Of a stretch of DNA of 64,000 nucleotides, positions 44,071 through 57,199 are shown in pieces. How positions within the stretch are numbered: the first letter of the stretch is position 1; each line of letters opens with the position of its first letter. Made by a program: the position numbers and the translations under genes. Origin of the DNA: Eledone cirrhosa (lineage: Eukaryota); NCBI GenBank assembly GCA_964016885.1, contig OZ024748.1:54994001-55058000 (forward strand), read 5' to 3'. The notes below the pieces were generated by a model. That model was not told the DNA's origin. It searched no databases and was given only the letters and a program-made list of their open reading frames with translations.

Positions 44071-44738
44071 GCAGTTAGATATAGCATACACATGACCCTC
44101 AAATCAAACCAAACAGTCTGAAATAAAGAATAAATATTTGATAATTTAATATTAAGAAGAATCTCTACAAAAAGGGACGATTTTGTGGGTAATGCTTCTT
44201 CTCATAGTTTTGCCCACCTACACTGGAGCTAAACAATAACAAATTCAGAGTAAAAAAAAAAAAAAATGTATCCCAGTTAAAATAACTTAATAGTTTCTCA
44301 AAAAAACTATCATATACACAAAATCACACATCTATGTATATACACGTAAAAACACGTATATACACACATTTATCTAAACATACTGATGTATAAACGTGCA
44401 TGATCAAGAAATATAGATACCTATTAAAACATGGCACTGTATTGACAACGAATATATAGAGAGATGAGCTAAAGAAAGAATATATGATAGATAATAAACG
44501 AAAAGAGTGATTACAATATATGGAATGGTATAGACCAACACACTTTTATATCTAATACGAATTGCTTACAAGTATTTTTTTTATCAAAGTTCAAATTGGT
44601 TAACCTTCTTAAACATTCATATATATACAATTTATATATATACATTCATATATATACATTCATATATATACATTCATATATATACATTCATATATATACA
44701 TTCATATATATACACACATACAAATAAAAAGCACTTTT

Positions 44739-44831
<93 letters not shown>

Positions 44832-44940
44832 TCTATATATATCTATATACACATACATTCATACGTATATATACACACACACACACATTCATACGTATAC
44901 ACACCCACACCCACTCACACATATATATACGCACATTATG

Positions 44941-44991
<51 letters not shown>

Positions 44992-45284
44992 TTTATGAAA
45001 TTATATATATATATATATATATGTGTGTGTATAGATTTTTTCCACAGGATATCGAACTAAATCTTCGCTAAGTGATAACATTTATTTGAGGAACCGATAA
45101 CACTATTTTTTAATCGTTCCCCATCTTCGTGTACATGATTTAGACGATGATGATGGTGATGATAATAATGATAATAGCAACAACGAAACTGGAAAGAAAA
45201 AATGAGTTTTGGCATTAACGAAAAGAAATACACACACATACGTATGCACACACACACACACACATACACACACACACACACACA

Positions 45285-45366
<82 letters not shown>

Positions 45367-45532
45367 TATATATTTCATATGCAAGAAAAATGATATTAAA
45401 AAAAAGCAAAGGAAACCAATAAAAGCAAAATAAAGACTTGTCGAAGAAAACTTTAGAGAGCGGCAATAAGTATCATCAATAATATTGTAGAGCATACAGC
45501 ACATGATGAGGTAAAGATTTAACAAGCGTAAA

Positions 45533-45607
<75 letters not shown>

Positions 45608-45669
45608 CCATATGCTTTCATATACATCCCTATTATGCTTAAACGCTGTTAATCCATATATATATATAT

Positions 45670-45865
45670 AACAAAGTAATTGTGGTAAGGAACCAGATGG
45701 ACCATAACGCACCAGAGTACTCAATACCTTAGGGTAGTAGAGTGGCAAATAGGAAAAAGTATGACCCCGACGGCAGAGCTCAAGCCGTTTCGACGGCTAT
45801 TTCTGGACCAGAAATAGCCGTCGAAACGGCTTGAGCTCTGCATTCAGGGTCATACTTTTTCCTAT
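45670..45865 (-). mobile_element. Fold-back element (58-bp arms 45749-45806 / 45808-45865 plus 80-bp tail) in (TA)n
   Basis: Inverted repeat; second copy in opposite orientation at 46677-46827. Confidence 0.75.
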
Positions 45866-46379
45866 ATATATATGTATATGTATATATATTGAATAAATAA
45901 ATAAAAAAGAAATATATATAAATATGTAAAGAAACATACATACGTATATGTATGCATGTATATGTATATATATACTCGCACGATTTTAAATGGTTTACTA
46001 GGGAGAACGGAAAGGAGCTATAGCTAAATGAGGTACTCAATACTTTAGAAGAAGTAGTATATTTTTATTTCATAAAGCAATTGCTTCTACAGGATTAGAA
46101 CTGTTTCATTCGTTTGAAATCATCGAGAATGTCAGATAATAAGGGTCATGTTCGGTATTTATACAATTCTTTGTGGAAGAGAAAGAGAGAAAAAGGAGTG
46201 CAGAAGAAGGAAAGGAAAAAGTGTGTTTATGTTCATGTATGTGTCCTATAGATATTTGTACCCCACTTGCCTTCCATACCACACCAGTATATTCTTCATC
46301 CCAAGCACTAATAAAAGTTATGACTTCGTTCTTCCATTTCACATATACATGTGTGTACGTGTTTATATGTTTATATATA

Positions 46380-46475
46380 CAGGGTGTCCTCCAAAAATGT
46401 ATAAACATTTCAACAGCATTCTATTAGATATATCCTGTATAGGTAATCAAAGTGTGTATACATTTTTTGGACACC

Positions 46476-46478
<3 letters not shown>
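46380..46478. mobile_element. ~100-bp Tc1/mariner-type MITE with TA flanks
   Basis: cagggtgtcctccaaaaatgtata...tatacattttttggacaccctc between TA dinucleotides. Confidence 0.75.
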
Positions 46479-46529
<51 letters not shown>

Positions 46530-46676
46530 GTGCCTCTTGAAAAGCCGATTTTCCCCACAACGGTGATGCATTTTTATAATGCACAGTCCCATACGGATCG
46601 CCGAAACTGCAGTCGGGACTTTGAAGAAAAAAATAGGTATATTATTCCCTCATAATTTGTAATTATATATATATAT

Positions 46677-46827
46677 GCTATTTCTGGACTACCAGAAATA
46701 GCCGTCGAAATGGCTTGAGCTCTGCCGTCGGGGTCATACTTTTTCCTATTTCCCACTCTACTACCCCAAATATTGAGTACTCTGGTGCGTTATGGTCCAT
46801 CTGGTTCCTTACCACATTTCCTTTGTT
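46677..46827 (+). mobile_element. Second copy of the 45670 element
   Basis: High identity; same terminus ...tttgtta followed by (TA)n. Confidence 0.8.
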
Positions 46828-47214
46828 ATATATATATATATATTTATATATATATAAGTAGTATATATATTATTTAGCATTGTAAGTTATATAATATATA
46901 CCGGTACAATGCCGCAGAAATATATAAATGGCAAAGGGTGACAAACAAAACGAAACAGTGTAATGTTTTGCCCAATATATTTCGACGTGATATTTCAGGG
47001 CTATCATCCTCTTTTCAAGTACATAAGGAAAGGCATTTGATTGTCAGAATGGGCCACGAAAACAGTATTTCAACTTGTTTTTGCAGTGGTGACACTATCT
47101 GCTGATCGGGAATCAGGCTGAAATATGCCTGGCTTGAACTATGAGTACAAAGGACCAAATCTGATATGCAATGTATTTCAAACCGACTCAATTCAGCTGA
47201 TCCACTCCAACCAT

Positions 47215-47340
47215 ATTGCTATTTCATTTATCGTCCCTAAAAGAATAAATGTTAAAGTTGACATCTGTGGGATTTGAACTCAAAATGTGGGGATCAAATA
47301 TCAAGTAACATAGTACCACAACCTAACCCATCTTCCAATA
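47215..47340 (-). mobile_element. SINE family A (diverged)
   Basis: aaagttgacatctgtgggatttgaactca. Confidence 0.6.
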
Positions 47341-47395
<55 letters not shown>

Positions 47396-47766
47396 GGTGT
47401 GTGGTGGCTGTGTGTGTGTGTATTGAAGAATGAAAATAAAACGAAAGTAGAAGGTAGGTTCTTGATTATTTCATTATTTTACGAACCTTTCAGAGGGATG
47501 TTTGACCATGGTAGACGGAGATATCGACTAGCAGATATTGGTTATAAACACGTAAAACTCGCTCTAGACACGGAAAGAAGAGTTATCAGGGTCACCTCAG
47601 TCCAGTTTTTCTGTCTCCAGTGGTACTTTACCCGATCTTTACACAACTCTTTATATGGATCTATAATTATTATGTAAATGTAACAGAGAATCATGGAGAA
47701 AATATCTTTTGAAACTGACTTCCGTGGGTTCAACTGCAGCATATACACATATTACACATATATGTA

Positions 47767-47930
47767 TGTAAAAGGTAAACAGAAATAACAACACAATCGG
47801 TACAGTATATGGAAGGGATATATTAGGTTAACGCTTGATATAGCAGAAAGAGGGTCTTAACTTTTCGGACGCTAGTCCTTCATCAGAAGAAAGAATGAGA
47901 AATAAGATAGATTGAGGCGACGGGCGGGTT
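47767..47930 (-). mobile_element. PLE-like 3' end, copy of 25936-26099
   Basis: Reverse-complement match. Confidence 0.8.
47855..47890 (-). ncRNA. Hammerhead ribozyme copy with stem III substitution
   Basis: rc UCUU-CUGAUGA-A-GGAC-uagc-GUCC-GAAAA-GUU-AAGA. Confidence 0.7.
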
Positions 47931-48436
47931 GGAATTAGCAAAAATACCTTTAGATAAATATAACAGGTCCATTCATGTTTATACACACGCACATATATAT
48001 ATCAATTAGAGACAAACAATAAGGAAAAACAATGTTTTAGAGGTAATATGGAGGAGAAAAATACAAAAGAATTATATACAATTGGTTTATTTTTTCTGAT
48101 TGACGTAGACAACAATATTATTCACTGTATATGTCTGTCTGTGTGTTTTACAGATGTTTTGTTTCTACGGGTATGAAAGGGGTAGGAGTGAAACGATGGG
48201 TTAGCATTTACACAGGAAACAAGATGTCCCCTTCATTTTTTAACCTACGTCAGTTGTTGTTTATATGATGGCGTCGAAATTGTTGATTTGCATACGTGGC
48301 AAGGTAGATAAACAAATGTCGACCACACACACACGCACACACACACACACACACACACTCACAAGCGTCATCCACACGCACAATACGACATTCATCCATA
48401 CATATGTCACCTACACGCGCAAGTCGACACACACAT

Positions 48437-48476
<40 letters not shown>

Positions 48477-48504
48477 GACTTCATTATATATTTATATAAG
48501 CGCG

Positions 48505-48691
48505 TTGGATTGGCAGTATCGGTAGAGGGCCGGACGCCATGCTTTGACGCATAGAGTTACGACCCTTGCCATTCTGAGTTCAAATCCCGCCGAGGTTAAC
48601 TTTGCCTTTCATCCTTACGGGGTCGATAAAATAAAGTACCAGTAATGCACTGGGTAATTGCTGGCCGTCTGCCAAAAAGTAGAAACAATTA
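48505..48691 (+). mobile_element. SINE family A
   Basis: Head, core and tail present. Confidence 0.9.
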
Positions 48692-48751
48692 TATATTTAT
48701 ATATGTATATATATACATATATATATACATACACACATATATATATATACA

Positions 48752-48793
<42 letters not shown>

Positions 48794-48918
48794 TATACAT
48801 ATATACACACACACACATATATATATATATATACACACACACATATACATACACACACATATATTTATATATACATATACACACACGTATACATATATAT
48901 ATATATATATATACATTT

Positions 48919-48949
<31 letters not shown>

Positions 48950-49058
48950 CATACAAACACACGCATATATATATACACACATATATACATACACACATAT
49001 ATACATACACACACATACACATTATATATATACATATATACATATACACATATATATA

Positions 49059-49174
49059 TGGACATCCTCACCGACATCTGGAGACGCAGGCCATGGCAGC
49101 CATAATAAGGGTTAGAGACCTCTGGAGAGAACTCGTCCATGGATCTCAGGAATTTTACCCGCCCTAGATAGATA
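49059..49174 (+). mobile_element. Internally deleted RTE 3' end
   Basis: ggacatcctcaccgacatc fused to tggagacgcagg...ttttacccgcc; same family as 49264-49655. Confidence 0.75.
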
Positions 49175-49201
49175 TATATACACACACACACATATATATA
49201 T

Positions 49202-49248
<47 letters not shown>

Positions 49249-49263
49249 TATAAATATATATAT

Positions 49264-49655
49264 AATGTCAACTCTGGATGTCGGTGAGCATGTCCAGCTA
49301 ACCTCAGACTCCTCTGTGTCACTTTTGAGCTGACTTTGGGAGGCTCCCATACAGCTCTGAGTTTTTCATCCTCAGTGTATACTGATTAATGTTCAGAGCC
49401 ATCCTCAGCATTTTCGTGTAGCACCCATCCACCATCTGAGTGAGTTTCTTCGTCAGTGTCCAAGTCTCAGACCCGTACAGCAGCACAGACTCTACATGGA
49501 CACACTAGAAGAGGAAGACCAAGGTTAACGTATGTTGATGCCCTAAGGACAGACACTGGTCGGTTGGAGACGCAGGACATGGCAGCGATAATGAGGGACA
49601 GAGACCGCTGGAGAGAACTCGTCCATGGATCTCGGTAATTTTACCCGCCTTAGAT
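49264..49655. mobile_element. RTE-clade LINE 3' end with 5' inversion
   Basis: 49264-49495 (-) VESVLLYGSETWTLTKK...LRLAGHAHRHPELT; 49495-49638 (+) HGHTRRGRPRLTYVDAL...RDRWRELV. Confidence 0.85.
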
Positions 49656-50154
49656 CGATAGATATATATATATATAATAAATATACATATATATACACAC
49701 ATATATATTCACATATATATATACATATATATGTATATAGACAAACGTAGAAAACACACAATAGTTATTTTGACATTGACAAGCGCAGGTAAGATGTATT
49801 TCTGTGTGTAGCTGTTCGTTATATAACAGATGTTTAGTCTTTAGAACAAGAATCCCCTTAAGCTGGGGCGGAATTATTCTTATTATTGCTATCATCATTA
49901 TTTTCCTTTGTACCAGGCTTAGATGCATACATTAGATGCCTAGCCAGTGATATACATTTTGAGCCATAAGATCATTTCTCTTGTTCATTTATCGATCTCA
50001 GATATGTTTATATGAATATATACAGTATATACATATACATGGATATAAATGTATTGATATATCAACAGGCCATCGACTTTAGTCAAATCAAACTACGTTT
50101 CCTTTGGTCTTTCCAATTGCTAATATTATCTATCGGTCGCAACTTCAGGTATAA

Positions 50155-50228
50155 AGAGCGACGTGAAATACAGTGTCTTGTTCAAGGACATAACGCATCC
50201 CCCGGTCCGGGAATCGAACTCACAACTT
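50155..50228 (-). mobile_element. SINE family B fragment
   Basis: gtgtcttgttcaaggacataacgc...ccgggaatcgaactcacaac. Confidence 0.7.
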
Positions 50229-50301
50229 CTATCCTTATCGAGCCTTCTTCGGATTTTAGTCTTCACATTTATTATTATTACTATATATATATATATATAT
50301 A

Positions 50302-50420
50302 TTGTTATACTTGGGGAGGGTCATATTTGTGTAATATTGCCAGAATTAATAACAGAACACACTCACTGTTTGGTTGGTTTTCGCTTCTCGCTGCCTTTTA
50401 TATCTGTAATCTAGCTTACT
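50302..50420 (+). mobile_element. Unclassified short TA-flanked repeat
   Basis: Matches 27490-27853 (minus the SINE) and 15075-15140. Confidence 0.6.
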
Positions 50421-50512
50421 CTGTCCTCAATGTTGCCATTGTAAATAGTATATATATATATATATATATATATATTACTTAATTGGATTACCTAAAACGA
50501 TAACATGTTATC

Positions 50513-50592
<80 letters not shown>

Positions 50593-50733
50593 AGTTTATG
50601 TTGGTTGTATACCAACACCTCAGTATGCAGACTGGAGCACTCGACGAAGTGCGCAGGTTGGTTTGGTTACTCCGGAGTAGTGTAAAATAAAGTTAAATAA
50701 AAGTCAAATGATTAAAATTTAGCTTCGTTTATT

Positions 50734-50788
50734 ACTGCTATATATATTTCAGTGACAGCCATCTTTGGTTGTGACCTCTTCAGGCAGT
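50734..50788 (-). ncRNA. Type I hammerhead ribozyme (left arm)
   Basis: Reverse complement of 50999-51053 with one stem II difference. Confidence 0.7.
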
Positions 50789-50998
50789 TTGAATTAGTAT
50801 GGTATAGACAAGTACATATGTTGTTTAGGTGTATGATATTGTCAATACTCTGATATGCCCAGTTCCTTGCTGGGTTGTTAATTCACTGGGGAACTGGAGT
50901 CTGAATTAACAACCCAGCAAGGAACTGGGCATATCAGAGTATTGACAATATCATACACCTAAACAACATATGTACTTGTCTATACCATACTAATTCAA

Positions 50999-51053
50999 AC
51001 TGCCTGAAGAGGTCACAGCCAAAGATGGCTGTCACTGAAATATATATAGCAGT
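50999..51053 (+). ncRNA. Type I hammerhead ribozyme (right arm)
   Basis: ACUGC-CUGAAGA-GGUCACAGCC-aaagau-GGCUGUCACU-GAAAU-AUAU-AUA-GCAGU. Confidence 0.8.
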
Positions 51054-51097
51054 AATAAACGAAGCTAAATTTTAATCATTTGACTTTTATTTAACTT

Positions 51098-51149
<52 letters not shown>

Positions 51150-51427
51150 GGATAATGGACAAGAAAGAGAGCTCAACTATATATAATGGGAGTTATAAAA
51201 TTATATATATAAATATAAAAAATATATATTAAAATATGAATACCTGTATAAAATTAGGAGCAAAGTATGTAGATAAATCTACCAAAATATACGGTAGTGT
51301 CCAATCCGTATGAAGAACTCAATGTAATCCAAATATCATAATATAGATAATATAAGGACCACGAAACGAAGGAAGAAGAGCATGCGATAACGGAAAAAAA
51401 AAAAAATATATATATATATATATAGGG

Positions 51428-51458
<31 letters not shown>

Positions 51459-51557
51459 GGATATATAGGGATATATAGGGATATATATCCGGGTGAGCTC
51501 TCGATGTTTATGTTCACGTGGCTATCGAGGTGTAGAACTAGACAGAGTGTAGTATAA

Positions 51558-51926
51558 TAATTGTTTCTACTTTTGGCACAAGGCCAGCAATTAACCAGTA
51601 CATTACTGGTACTTTATTTTATCGACCCCGTAAGGATGAAAGGCAAAGTTAACATCGACGGGATTTGAACTCAGACCGTAAAGGGACGTAACTATGCTAG
51701 AAAGCATGGCGTCCAACCCTCTACTGATACTGCCAATAATAAATGTTTCTACTTTTGGCACAAGACCAGCAATTACCCAGTACATTACTGGGACTTTATT
51801 TTATCGACCCCGTAAGGATGAAAGGCAAAGTTAACCTCGGCGGGATTTGAACTCAGACCATAAAGAGCCGTAACTCTTTGCTGCAAAGCATGGCGTCCGA
51901 CCCTCTACCGATACTGCCAATCCACT
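51558..51926 (-). mobile_element. Tandem SINE family A dimer inserted in a fold-back element
   Basis: Copies at 51558-51737 and 51742-51926; host halves at 51490-51560 and 51935-52016. Confidence 0.9.
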
Positions 51927-52016
51927 GCCCTTGCCAATAATAAAACAAGTACAAATAGTTACTCCCTCATTACGTAATAAATGTAATCAAGGAGAAACCA
52001 TTCGTCCTTGTTTTAT

Positions 52017-52050
<34 letters not shown>

Positions 52051-52649
52051 CGCACACACACATATCTATCTATCTCTATATATATATGTGTGTGAGAATG
52101 TATGTATTTATGTATGTGTATGTGTGTGTGTGTGTGTGTACAACATGCACATACATATATATATATGTATATATGTGTGTGTGTATGTGCGTGTGTGTGA
52201 GTATGTGTGGGCATGTGTGTATGTGTGTATGAATGTGTGTATGTGTATGCGTGTGCGTACAACAAGCGCATACAAACACACACATACATATATATATATA
52301 TAGTTTAGTATTGGAAGAATTTACATGAGTACAAACGTACTAAAAAAAACCACATAAAAATGTAAATATAATGAAATACTAATTAATTGATTGGCTGATC
52401 GATGCCGACATGTGGTTTAAAAAAGACAACAGCAGCAATTACAACAGTAAGATCGATAAGTTTATGGGTAAGAAATTCAATAACCATGTGATTGTCATCT
52501 ATTTCTTAAGGTCAGTAGCACGAGGTGTTTTATCGTAAATATTACACACTTCTTACTCTTTTAATCTTTTACCTGTTTCAGCCATTCAGCTGAGGCCAGG
52601 CTGGGGCTCCGCTGTCAATAAAACCACAATAATAACTTTAGATATTGTT

Positions 52650-53057
52650 CCTAGCTGATGTAGGTACAATACTAACAATTTGGGGAGAGGTGAAAGTCAA
52701 TTAAATCGATTCCCCTGCGATACTGGTACTTCATTTCATTTACCCCGTAAGGATGAACGGCAAAACTAACCTCGATAGGATTTGAACTCAGAACGAAAAG
52801 CTTTGTAACTATATGTCACAAAGCATGCGGTCCGATGCTCTACGGATGCCAATCAACGGCTTTATTGTCGCTAGATAATTGTTTCTACTTTTGGCACAAG
52901 GCCAGCAATTATCACAGTGTATTACTGGTACTTTATGTTATCGACTCTGTAAGAATGAAAGGCAAAGTTAACCTAGGCGGGATTTGAACTCAGATCATAA
53001 AGGGAGGTAACTTTATGCTGGAAAGCATGGCGTCCGACCCTCTACCGATACTGCCAA
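52650..53057 (-). mobile_element. Two tandem SINE family A copies
   Basis: 52650-52855 (older) and 52877-53057. Confidence 0.85.
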
Positions 53058-53059
53058 AT

Positions 53060-53246
53060 AATATAACATAAACTGTATAAATATTATATATATATTTATT
53101 TTACTATATGATATGTATCATTTGATATTTAATATACTATTATATCAGCTCTACCCCCTCCCCCACTGTCCCCTTAGGTGCCACGCACTCCCTGGACTTT
53201 CTTAACAACCCCTGGGTGGCAGTAACGCCCACTTTGAAAACATCTG
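53060..53246. mobile_element. Right part of a hAT MITE (family of 3180-3499)
   Basis: Shared tttgatatt.aatatactattatatca interior and ctttgaaaacatctg end. Confidence 0.55.
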
Positions 53247-53257
53247 ATTTATCAGAT

Positions 53258-53495
53258 CATATATTTCATATAATCTATGTAAGCTAATTATTTTATATAA
53301 TCTATGTAAGCTAATTATTTTATATAATCTATGTATGCTAATTATTTTATATAATTTATGAATGCTAATAATTTTATGTAATCTATGTAAGCTAATTATT
53401 TTATATAATTTATGCATCCTAATTTTATTATATAATTTATGTATGCTAATTTTATTATATAATTTATGTATGCTAATTTTATATGCTAATTTTAT
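53258..53495. repeat. ~27-bp AT-rich minisatellite (ataatctatgtaagctaattattttat)
   Basis: About 8 tandem units. Confidence 0.9.
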
Positions 53496-54091
53496 TGTAT
53501 TCCTATTTAAGTTAAGATTAAATAAAGATTATCTCATTCTTTATTCATGTAATGTAACGTTAAAATGTTGAATTGTCAGAGTGTATAGGGTGTCGGATGA
53601 ATGGCTTTGCAGTATTTTCTGCAACAAATTGCAGCCTGAGTTCAAATCAGGCCGAGGTCACCTTTGCCATTTAACACTTCAAATTTGAAAATGAAATTAT
53701 TGGTTAAGTACAGGGATGGCCACATCTCACATACACACACACAACTGTCTCCCACTCTTTCTTTCTCTCTTTTTCTTTCTTTCTCTCTCTCTGTCTCTCT
53801 CTCTCTCTCTTTCCCTCTCTCTACCACACCCTCTACTACCCCCTCTCTCACACTCTGACCAGTGAATCGACTTCTTCGCTCCACAAGATCACCCTTTAGA
53901 AACAGACATGATTCAGGAACCAGATATCAACTTCCAGTAGAATTGAGCCACATCACGGAACAGACTTGAAGCTATAACGTAACAAGGTCCTCCATATGGC
54001 TGTTCTTTTCTACATTTATTTATATTTCGTAATACACACTGGAATAATTTAATTGAGGACATACCTAGCAAACACACATAAAAACGCAAGT

Positions 54092-54166
<75 letters not shown>

Positions 54167-54280
54167 GTATACATACATTTATATATGTAGTTATAATAAT
54201 ACATTTGAAGACTAAAATCCAAAGAGGGCTCGATAAGGATAAATATATATCAAATATATAAGAACCGTAGAGCAAATATT

Positions 54281-54364
54281 TATTAAAATAACAGATTAAA
54301 GTTTAAGCAAAGAATCGCTGCTTTCACCCTTAACGGGATCTTCTGCTTAAACTTTAATCTGTTA

Positions 54365-54372
<8 letters not shown>
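54281..54372. mobile_element. Small fold-back with a hammerhead remnant in the loop
   Basis: 29-bp arms 54281-54309 / 54344-54372; loop rc GAAGA-UCCC-guuaa-GGGU-GAAAG. Confidence 0.6.
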
Positions 54373-54445
<73 letters not shown>

Positions 54446-54447
<2 letters not shown>

Positions 54448-55110
54448 TATGAAAGTAAAACAAAGAAGCCTTCAATACATCAAAAGTCTTTATTAGCCAA
54501 CAATGTTTCGTCCTATTAACTGCATGTGAGACCTAAGTATATACTTTTGTTTTTGTTTTTTAATTTCCGGTTGATTCTATTTATTTATTTATTTATTTAT
54601 TAATACTACTGTGCATTCTATTTACTGTCTGGCCCTTACTCACTCATCCACATATATGTCTGTTTACCAACCTTGTAATTATAAGTAATTATATATTATA
54701 TTATGTTAATTATTTTATATTGTATTTGTTATTGTACTATCGATCCTTATTACTTACCGTTGATTATATCTACCATTATGATATGTTAAATTTTATATAT
54801 CATGTAAGATGTTTATATTTTTGTACCATCATAATTTTGGGTATTGTACAATTTATATTTTGTACTCACCTACTCTGTAACTCTATATGAATTGATTTGT
54901 TAACTTGCATGCCATTATATATTATATATTATATATGTTATTATATTATTATTATAGTGATATTGTGACATCTATATTGTTTGTGTAAATTAACCGGAGA
55001 TTATCTATTATTATATTATATTATATGGTATATAATTGTATAGTTTATTATATATTATATGTGCTACTTATAATCATATCATATTATTACCTCATGTATA
55101 TTAGATATAC

Positions 55111-55154
<44 letters not shown>

Positions 55155-55760
55155 TTTATTCCTATCATGCTTATTTATATTTAAACTCTTAATAAGGTTT
55201 AATTTGTGCTGTTAAAGATGGATATGTGTATTGATGTATGTGTATATGTGCGTATGTGTGCGTACATATATACATATGTATATTGTACCTTTTAATTTTT
55301 ATTGTAATTTTAATATTGTTACAAGTATATTATATTATATTATATAGTATTATATATAATTCCCGCTCTATATAACCACCTTTGTTTAGCTCTAGGTTTT
55401 TTTGCTTTGGACTATATTTGTAATATGGTTCTAAATGTTATACAACTCCTTAGTGATTTTTATTATATATTTTTACCCATAATCTTGCAATACTTTAGTG
55501 TCTGTACACTCCATATTCTTCGGAGTTTTCGGCTTGTATTGGCTGATAATACTTCTTGTTGTTTTAATTGCCCTGATGAGTCCTTAATAGGACGAAACAT
55601 TGTTGGCTAATAAAGACTTTTGATGTATTGAAGGCTTCTTTGTTTTACTTTCATAATTCTTCGGCTCTGTTTAATTACATTGAGCTATACCTTTTACTGT
55701 CATTTCTATAATACGAAGAGCGTGTTTAACTCCAACACGCTCCAGTATTTTAATCCTTAT
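54446..55760 (+). mobile_element. 5'-truncated PLE: inverted partial pLTR, ~1.06-kb AT-rich UTR, hammerhead pLTR, ~100-bp tail
   Basis: 54446-54519 is the exact reverse complement of 55584-55657; (TA)n on both sides. Confidence 0.8.
55567..55611 (+). ncRNA. Minimal type I hammerhead ribozyme
   Basis: AUUGCC-CUGAUGA-GUCCU-uaau-AGGAC-GAAAC-auu-GUU-GGCuAAU, overlapping AATAAA. Confidence 0.85.
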
Positions 55761-55781
55761 ATCTATATATAAATATATATA

Positions 55782-56009
55782 TATACAATATATTAATAAA
55801 TGGAAATTATATTTATAAAACCATAATTATTTTATATATATTTCAAGGGCGACCAAGGTAAATTATGGTGCGCTTTCATCAGATAAAATACAGATTTGTG
55901 TTATAAATAGATATTGACATACCCGGAAAAAAGACAACCTCAACGGTTGACGTTGTCTTTTTTCCGGGTATGTCAATATTTATTTATAAAACAAATCTGT
56001 ATTTTATCT
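55782..56009 (-). mobile_element. PLE-like end with hammerhead (55828-55890) and fold-back (55881-56009)
   Basis: rc CUGAUGA-AAGCGCACCA...UGGUCGCCCUU-GAAAUAUAUA; ~64-bp arms centred near 55945; family of 34132-34300. Confidence 0.75.
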
Positions 56010-56011
56010 AA

Positions 56012-56076
<65 letters not shown>

Positions 56077-56204
56077 GTATATATATAAGGTATATATACA
56101 TATCTTTGTATATATAAGGTATATATACATATCTATGTATATATATATATATAAGGTATATATATACATATCTATGTATATACACATATCTATGTATATA
56201 AACA

Positions 56205-56242
<38 letters not shown>

Positions 56243-56485
56243 TATAAATATATATGTATATATATGTATATATATATATTTATAAACAGCTGGGTGTGTC
56301 AACATTTCTCACAAGACCCATTACTGCTTATCGATCATACGACGAAGCATTCAATATATATTTTCCATGTTAGCATTCAATTAAGAATTAATTTTCTTTA
56401 TCTATTTACCGCCCGCCCCTATCTTTCAAGCCCTGTGCATATATAGCCCCCCACCCCACACATATATATATGTATATATATATAT

Positions 56486-56537
<52 letters not shown>

Positions 56538-56572
56538 TCTATACATATATATATGTATATATATATATATTT

Positions 56573-56664
<92 letters not shown>

Positions 56665-57039
56665 TGTGAATATATGTGCTTATATATTTATATTTGAGTA
56701 TTTTTCCATGAGAGTGTCTGTCTGTGTGCGTGAGAGGAGGACATTGTTTAGATCTATGAGCTAAGGCGTAAAGTGGCTGAACATAATAAGCAACAGCTGT
56801 TTGATTGAATCACTAAAATCAAAGAAATCTTCTGTGACAAGTAGAATAATAGAAGACACTGACACCTACTTCTACCACCACCACCACTAACATTACCACG
56901 ACGACAACGCTGAACACCATCACCATCACCATCACCACCACCACCACCACCACCACCACCACCACCACTACCACGACGACAACGATAAATCAACCCCAGT
57001 TTTCGTTCCGGGTCCTTTCTGCTTCTGCTTTTAAGTCCT

Positions 57040-57160
57040 AGTCGTTAACTTTGCCTTTTATCCTTACGAGTCTATAAAATAAAGTACCAGTAACGCACTG
57101 GGGTCGATTTAATCGACATTCTCTTCCCCCAAATTGTTGAACTTGTGCCTAAATCAGAAA
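57040..57160 (+). mobile_element. SINE family A 3' part
   Basis: gttaactttgccttttatccttacg...aaagtaccagtaac. Confidence 0.75.
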
Positions 57161-57199
57161 ATATTTCTTACTTAGGAAAAATGAATGCAATCAATTCGA

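Larger units (their letters stand above)
50589..51104. mobile_element. Fold-back PLE-like element: ~203-bp arms (50683-50885 / 50902-51104), a hammerhead in each arm, ~94-bp one-sided tail, in (TA)n
   Basis: Near-perfect inverted repeat; hammerhead followed by AATAAA. Confidence 0.85.
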
